DNA from: Kiritimatiellia bacterium
Lineage (GTDB): Bacteria; Verrucomicrobiota; Kiritimatiellia; JAAZAB01
Assembly: GCA_040767085.1 (NCBI GenBank)
Contig: JAXGPF010000006.1
Span: 192,001 to 256,000, forward strand
Direction of reading: 5' to 3'
Length of the DNA: 64,000 nucleotides
Part shown: piece after piece, positions 58,755 to 64,000 of the stretch
Layout: each line of letters starts with the position of its first letter
How positions within the stretch are numbered: the stretch's first letter is position 1
Translations under genes and position numbers: made by a program
Notes under the pieces: generated by a model
The model's input: the letters and a program-made list of their open reading frames with translations, nothing else
What the model was told of the DNA's origin: nothing
Database searches by the model: none

Positions 58755-59701
58755 CGATGCCCGACTGCCTTAATCCCGATCCCGACGCCGCCCGCCTTCG
58801 GGGCCTCCGGCCGGCCTTGGAGCGGCGGGCACGCATCATGGCGGCAGTGCGGAATTTTTTCACCAGCCGCGGTTTCCTGGAGGTGGAAACCCCCACCCGC
58901 GTTACCGTACCCGCCTTGGAAGAGCAGATTGACGCCCAACCGGCCGGCGCGGCCTGGCTGCGCACCTCGCCGGAGCTGCACATGAAGCGGCTGCTGGCCG
59001 CCGGCTACGACAAGCTGTTCCAAATCGGCCCTTGCTTCCGCCACGGGGAATACGGCGACCGGCATAACCCGGAATTCTGCATGCTCGAGTGGTACCGCGC
59101 CCACGCGGATTACCGCGCCATCCTGGACGATGTTCAGGGCTTGATTCCCGCCGCCGCCCGGGCGGGCGGCGGCGATGCAAACAGCTTCGTTTACCGCGGC
59201 CGGCGGATAGACCTGTCCCAACCCTGGCACGTCCAGACGGTAGCCCGCGCCTTTCAGGATGCCGCCGGTTGGGATCCCACGCGCGCCTTCGACGCCGGCC
59301 GGTTCGAGGCCGACCTGCTCGCCCGGGTGGAACCGAGCCTGCCGCCGGACCGCCCGGCCGTGCTGATGGATTACCCCGCCGCGGCGGCGGCGCTGGCGCG
59401 TTGCCGCCCCGGCCAACCGCCTGTCGCCGAACGCTGGGAACTTTACATCGGAGGGTTGGAGATCGCCAACGCCTTTTCCGAACTGACCGACCCGGTGGAA
59501 CAGCGCCGGCGCTTTGAAGCCTGTGCCGCGGCGCGGCGCGCGGCGGACAAAAACGTCTACGCGTTGGACCATGATTTCCTGGCCGCCCTTGAGGCCGGGA
59601 TGCCGCCCAGCGCCGGCGCGGCGCTCGGACTGGACCGGTTGGTCATGCTCTGCTGCGACGCCGCCAGCCTGGATGAGATTTTGCCTTTCCGCGTCCGCTG
59701 A
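58751..59701 (+). CDS. epmA: EF-P lysine aminoacylase
   Basis: LysRS-like catalytic domain only (LEVETP, LRTSPELHMKRLL, HNPEFCMLEWY, ANAFSEL, GLDRLVM); adjacent to efp. Confidence 0.93.
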   Translation: MTMPDCLNPDPDAARLRGLRPALERRARIMAAVRNFFTSRGFLEVETPTRVTVPALEEQIDAQPAGAAWLRTSPELHMKRLLAAGYDKLFQIGPCFRHGEYGDRHNPEFCMLEWYRAHADYRAILDDVQGLIPAAARAGGGDANSFVYRGRRIDLSQPWHVQTVARAFQDAAGWDPTRAFDAGRFEADLLARVEPSLPPDRPAVLMDYPAAAAALARCRPGQPPVAERWELYIGGLEIANAFSELTDPVEQRRRFEACAAARRAADKNVYALDHDFLAALEAGMPPSAGAALGLDRLVMLCCDAASLDEILPFRVR

Positions 59702-59832
59702 ACAAGCCTGGAGCGCGCCGGATAAAACCTGCGGCGAAATGGCCGGCCGCACACACATCCAACCAGGCGCCAAGGTTGGCACAGGCCATGATCATCAAAC
59801 CGGCGTTGATATCCGGACAAGCGGCCATCGCT

Positions 59833-60768
59833 TCACAACCCCTGGCGCAGCACCTGGAGCACCAGCGGGCCAAGGAGCACCAGGAAGACGGCGGGGAAGA
59901 TGAAGGCAATCAGCGGAAAGAGCATTTTCACCGGTGCTTCGTGCGCCAGTTTTTCCGCGCGCAGAAAACGCTTGGCGCGGATTTGATCGGATTGGATGCG
60001 CAGCGTGGCGCCGATGCTCACGCCCATTTCATCGGCCTGCGTCAAGGCCGTCACCAGCGAATGGATGTCCGGCTGGTCCACCCGCCCGGCCATGTGGCGC
60101 AGCGCCTCGCGCCGCGTCTTGCCCAGTTGGATTTCGAACAGCACCCGTCCCAATTCCTCCCCCAGGGCGTCCATTTTCCGCCGCTCGATGATGTTGCGGA
60201 TGGCCGTCATGAAATCCAATCCCGCCTCCACGGAAATGGTCAGGAGATCCATGACAAACGGCAATGCGCGCAGGATTGCGCGATGGCGGAGCGCGACGGC
60301 TTTTTTCAGCCAGAAGCGCGGATAAAACGCCATCCACAGAAACAAGGTCAACGCTAACGCCGCCGGCCGGCCGGACAGGCCTTGACCGGCCGAGGCGAAT
60401 ATACCCAGCATCGCCAGCGCCAGCCCGCCGCCCCAGAGCAGCGGGACGAGCAGGCACAGCGCCAGATACTCCTGCGCGCTCAGGGTATCCTCGTACCCGG
60501 CGGCAGTCAGCCGCGTTTCCAGCCGCGCGCACAGGGGTTGAAACCGGGGACGGTGAAAATAAAACGCCGGGTAGAGGGTCAAGGGCATTAAGGCCCGCAA
60601 CAGCAACGGCAGCCGCCGGGCCTGGCGCGCCAAACCGGCCGCGCCCGGAGCGAGCGGCGCGGCCAGCGTCAACCGCGCCAGGGTCCAACTCAATCCGCAG
60701 GCGAAGACCGCCCACAAGCCTGCCAGCAGGAGTTCCTGCGTGGTAAAATTAAGTCCGGCCGGGTTCAT
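59833..60768 (-). CDS. tadC: Tad pilus assembly platform protein TadC
   Basis: DLLTISVEAGL, GKTRREAL and KMLFPLIAFIFP motifs. Confidence 0.9.
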   Translation of the reverse strand: MNPAGLNFTTQELLLAGLWAVFACGLSWTLARLTLAAPLAPGAAGLARQARRLPLLLRALMPLTLYPAFYFHRPRFQPLCARLETRLTAAGYEDTLSAQEYLALCLLVPLLWGGGLALAMLGIFASAGQGLSGRPAALALTLFLWMAFYPRFWLKKAVALRHRAILRALPFVMDLLTISVEAGLDFMTAIRNIIERRKMDALGEELGRVLFEIQLGKTRREALRHMAGRVDQPDIHSLVTALTQADEMGVSIGATLRIQSDQIRAKRFLRAEKLAHEAPVKMLFPLIAFIFPAVFLVLLGPLVLQVLRQGL

Positions 60769-61664
60769 ATATCAATCGCCACGATTTTGCGGATTAACAA
60801 GGCGCCGATGATTTCCAGAAACAGGATGGCGCCGATCATGGCCAAGCCGACAGGCGAATGGGCGAAGGTGCCCATCATCCGCGGGTCAATGGCAAACATC
60901 ACCGCCGCCAGGATCAAAGGCATCAGCCCTACTACCACCCCCTGCAACCGCCCCTGGGCCGTCAGCGCCAGCACCCGGCCCTGGATGCGGATGCGTTCGC
61001 GGATGGTATGGGCGATTTTTTCAAAAACCTCGGTAAGATTACCGCCGGTCTGCCGGGCGATCTCGATGGCCCGGATCATGATGGTCAAATCCTCGCTGTC
61101 CACCCGACGCTCGAGGTTGCCCAGGGCCTCCTCGAATTTCACGCCAACGCGGGTCTGCTGGAGAAACAGGCTGAATTCCTGCGAAATCGGGTTGCGATTC
61201 TGCTTCACAATCTGCTCGAACGCCTGGAGAATGCTCGACCCGGAACGCAGGGCATTGCTCATGGTCATCAGGGCATCCACCAACTGCTCGTTAAAATCGC
61301 GGCGGCGCTTCTGCTTCAGCATCGCCAGGGCCCGGCCCGGCAGGGTCAACGCCACGCCGCCGGCAAGGCCGCCGACGGCCAACCCGCGCAGCACCCCGGC
61401 CAGCGAGCCGAAATCGCCCACCGCCAGGAAAAACGTCAGGAATACGACCGCCGCCGCCACCCAGGCGATCTCCAGCAGGCGACGGGGCGGGATGAAGTAA
61501 AACATCTCGGCGAATTGCCGCGCCGTGCGCTCGGTATAAACGGCGGCATAACTTTCCGCGCCGGACTGGAGGGCGCGCAGGCAGGCGTAAGCCAGGAGCG
61601 CGAAACTCAAGCCGTACAGCAGCGGAATCAGCCCCAACCATGAAATTTCGTGAAAGTTAAACAT
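60765..61664 (-). CDS. tadB: Tad pilus assembly platform protein TadB
   Basis: QLVDAL..MSNALRSG, QTGGNLTE and ALTAQGR motifs; C-terminal IRKIVAIDI. Confidence 0.92.
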   Translation of the reverse strand: MFNFHEISWLGLIPLLYGLSFALLAYACLRALQSGAESYAAVYTERTARQFAEMFYFIPPRRLLEIAWVAAAVVFLTFFLAVGDFGSLAGVLRGLAVGGLAGGVALTLPGRALAMLKQKRRRDFNEQLVDALMTMSNALRSGSSILQAFEQIVKQNRNPISQEFSLFLQQTRVGVKFEEALGNLERRVDSEDLTIMIRAIEIARQTGGNLTEVFEKIAHTIRERIRIQGRVLALTAQGRLQGVVVGLMPLILAAVMFAIDPRMMGTFAHSPVGLAMIGAILFLEIIGALLIRKIVAIDI

Positions 61665-61667
61665 GGT

Positions 61668-61730
61668 CAGTGGTCAGTGTTCGGGTTTCAGTGTTCGGTG
61701 GTCGGTGTTCAGTGTTCGGTGGTCGGTGAA
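61668..61730. repeat. Heptamer tandem array (9 x CRGTGKT), left arm of the inverted repeat
   Basis: CAGTGGT CAGTGTT CGGGTTT CAGTGTT CGGTGGT CGGTGTT CAGTGTT CGGTGGT CGGTGAA. Confidence 0.92.
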
Positions 61731-62194
61731 GAAGGCCAGCCGGGGTGCCGTAGTTCCCATGCCGTTTCATACTCGCCGGCCGGCTCCGCCACGCTCCAAC
61801 GGCGATCTTTCTCGGGAAGATGCCTTTCCAGCGACTTCTCAATACCATTCAGCATTCGAATGCATTGTTTATAACGCTCTCGATATTTCATGAATACATC
61901 ATTCTTGATGTACCCCTTCAACTTGGCCATAAAAAGGTGATGCAGTGTTTCATCTGCCTCCCCGCGGCTGCGGTTGACCCCCTCAACCTTGTTGCGCACG
62001 TGGCGGTCATCATTTTTCTCGGCCAGTTGTGCGGGTGAACTGTTGGACGACCGCCTTATCTGCGCCCCCAGCTCATACCGTTCCTCTGCCGGCCAGGCAT
62101 GACTGAGATCACATATTTCAATATGTAGTTCACAGAGCTTCTGATAAACTTTCAGGTCCGCCACATCCAAATACGTTTTGGCGGTTTCCTCCAT
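61709..62194 (-). CDS. Four-helix-bundle protein (23S rRNA intervening-sequence protein / bAvd-like family)
   Basis: DLKVYQ, WPAEERYELGAQIRRSSNSSPAQLAE, SRGEADET and RMLNG motifs; GGAGG 6 nt upstream of ATG 62194; visibly lower GC than its neighbours. Confidence 0.9.
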   Translation of the reverse strand: MEETAKTYLDVADLKVYQKLCELHIEICDLSHAWPAEERYELGAQIRRSSNSSPAQLAEKNDDRHVRNKVEGVNRSRGEADETLHHLFMAKLKGYIKNDVFMKYRERYKQCIRMLNGIEKSLERHLPEKDRRWSVAEPAGEYETAWELRHPGWPSSPTTEH

Positions 62195-62203
62195 TCCCAT
62201 CCT

Positions 62204-62269
62204 CCACTGAACACTGAACACCCTTTTCCGTCCTGAACACCGAAATCCGAACACGGCCCGCGGACACTG
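62204..62269. repeat. Heptamer array in inverted orientation, right arm
   Basis: Minus strand reads CCGTGTT CGGATTT CGGTGTT CAG...GGGTGTT CAGTGTT CAGTGG, matching the left-arm units. Confidence 0.88.
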
Positions 62270-62298
62270 CTCCCGCAAACATACACCCCCGCCCCGCT

Positions 62299-63999
62299 TC
62301 ACCGCCGCCGGGCCGGCGGCTCGAACATGGCCATGTCTATTTCCAGGCCGCGGCTGCGGATGTCTTCGATGAAAGTCGGCACCGAACCGGAAGGCTGGAT
62401 GGCGCCGAGGACGCGGCCCTCGGCATCCAGCCCCGTCTGTTTGAACACGAAAATATCCTGCATGGTGATCCGGTCGCCCTCCAGGCCGGCGACTTCCGTA
62501 ACGGCGGTCACCTTGCGCGAGCCGTCGCTCAGGCGGGCGGTCTGGATGATCAGGTGGATGGCCGAAGCGATCTGCTCGCGGATCGCGCGCGAGGGCAGTT
62601 CGATGCCGGACATGAGGGTCATGGTTTCCAGGCGCGAAATCACATCGCGCGGCGAGTTGGCATGCACGGTGGTCAGGGATCCGTCGTGGCCGGTGTTCAT
62701 CGCCTGCAACATGTCCAGGGATTCGCCGCCGCGGCACTCGCCAATGATGATGCGGTCGGGGCGCATGCGCAAGGCGTTGCGCAGCAAATCGCGGATGGTG
62801 ACCGCGCCCCGGCCCTCGATGTTGGGCGGACGCGACTCCAGCCGCACCACGTGCGCCTGGGAGAGGCGCAACTCCGCCGAATCCTCAATCGTGACGATGC
62901 GATCGGTATTCGGCAGGAACGAACTCAGCACGTTCAAGAAGGTAGTTTTACCAGAGCCGGTGCCGCCGGCCACCACGATATTGCGGCGCAGCATGACGCA
63001 CAGGCGGAGGAATTCCGACATGGCGGGGGTCAACGTGCCCAGGCGGATCAAATCCGTCACGCTGAGGGCATCGCGCGCGAATTTGCGGATGGTCAGGCAT
63101 GGCCCGCTCAATGCCAGGGGCGGGATGATGGCATTGACCCGCGAACCATCCTTCAACCGGGCATCCACGTAGGGCTGGCTTTCGTCTATCCGACGGCCGA
63201 TGGGCGCCACGATGCGCTCGATGATGGCCAGCACGGAAGCGTCGTCCAGAAACACCCGGTCGCTCAACACCAGCCGGCCGCGCTTTTCCACGTAGATCTG
63301 GTCATGGCGGTTGACCATGATTTCCGTGATCTCGGGATCGGCCAGCATATCCTCCAGCGGCCCCAACCCCACCGCTTCGTCGTAAATTTCCTTGATCAGC
63401 ACCGCCGGCTCGATCCAGGCCGGCAGCCGCTGGCGCACTTCCTGGACGATCTGCTCCAGGGTCTGGCGCACCCGCTGGTGCAAATCCGCCTCCTGGATGT
63501 GGGAGGCCGTCAGCCGCTTCATATCCAGCCGCTCGAGCAGCACGGTGTGAATCTGCCGCTTCATCTGCCGCTTCTGTTCCTGCGCCGGATCGGCCCGCAA
63601 AACTTCCGACTGGGAAGGGACCGTCGAATCGCGCGGCGCGCGGACAGTGGCGCCAGGCGGCGGCGCGGCCGCCGGCGCTGGGGCCGGCGGCGGCGCCGCC
63701 GGCCGGCGCACTACCAGGCCGTATTCGCCGCAGCGGATTTCCTGGCCCGGCTTGTACGGGGCGCGCCCCCGCACCGGCGCGCCGTCCAGCATGGTGCCCA
63801 AGCCGCTGTCGAGGTCCTCCACAAAAAATCCGTCTTCGCGCAGCAGCAAGATCGCGTGCCGGCGCGCGACGGCGGCGTCGGGGATGACGATTTTATTGCC
63901 CCGTTCCGAGCCGATGGGGTACACTCCCATGGGCACCAGCTGCTGTTGCAGCGGCGTCCCGGCATGGTTGATTTCCAGTTGGAGCAAATTTTCTGACAT
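62299..63999 (-). CDS. cpaF: Tad pilus ATPase CpaF/TadA with an N-terminal FHA-like domain (start at the window edge, may extend further)
   Basis: GLGPLE, RRIDESQPYVDARL, GGTGSGKT, LRMRPDRIIIGECRG and QAMNTGHDGS motifs. Confidence 0.93.
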   Translation of the reverse strand: MSENLLQLEINHAGTPLQQQLVPMGVYPIGSERGNKIVIPDAAVARRHAILLLREDGFFVEDLDSGLGTMLDGAPVRGRAPYKPGQEIRCGEYGLVVRRPAAPPPAPAPAAAPPPGATVRAPRDSTVPSQSEVLRADPAQEQKRQMKRQIHTVLLERLDMKRLTASHIQEADLHQRVRQTLEQIVQEVRQRLPAWIEPAVLIKEIYDEAVGLGPLEDMLADPEITEIMVNRHDQIYVEKRGRLVLSDRVFLDDASVLAIIERIVAPIGRRIDESQPYVDARLKDGSRVNAIIPPLALSGPCLTIRKFARDALSVTDLIRLGTLTPAMSEFLRLCVMLRRNIVVAGGTGSGKTTFLNVLSSFLPNTDRIVTIEDSAELRLSQAHVVRLESRPPNIEGRGAVTIRDLLRNALRMRPDRIIIGECRGGESLDMLQAMNTGHDGSLTTVHANSPRDVISRLETMTLMSGIELPSRAIREQIASAIHLIIQTARLSDGSRKVTAVTEVAGLEGDRITMQDIFVFKQTGLDAEGRVLGAIQPSGSVPTFIEDIRSRGLEIDMAMFEPPARRR

Positions 64000-64000
64000 G

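Noticed and set aside
61709-62194. Diversity-generating retroelement (Avd-like protein)
   Set aside because: No reverse transcriptase and no template/variable repeat pair were seen in the window.

Overview
GC-rich bacterial chromosome segment. Gene content and order suggest the PVC superphylum, possibly Kiritimatiellota/Lentisphaerota; this is an inference. Housekeeping blocks: rsmI-STAS-RsbU-like phosphatase-dnaJ-rsmE; alr; coaE-rho; tig-clpP-clpX; panD; recQ; xseA-xseB-dxs-tlyA-nadK; efp-epmA. There is a six-gene Hyf/Ehr-type membrane oxidoreductase operon whose large subunit lacks the Ni-binding cysteines, led by an HTH-PTS EIIA gene. A complete Pho locus (phoBR, porin, pstSCAB, phoU) carries repeated TTAACCT-N4-CTAACAT boxes, and the window ends in a Tad pilus operon (FHA-cpaF, tadB, tadC). 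Features the ORF track does not show: (1) the first 141 codons of a Cas9 running off the left edge, with a highly self-complementary non-coding region upstream; (2) a four-helix-bundle gene inserted between cpaF and tadB and bracketed by inverted arrays of a CRGTGTT heptamer, with a gene-less copy of the array between dnaJ and rsmE; (3) a membrane GT-C protein with DPY19 C-mannosyltransferase-like motifs; (4) a Y1/RAYT-type HUH transposase with 15-bp terminal inverted repeats and TTA flanks, next to an integron-cassette-like DUF488 gene and a REP cluster. Family assignments come from motif recognition by eye; no database searches were run.
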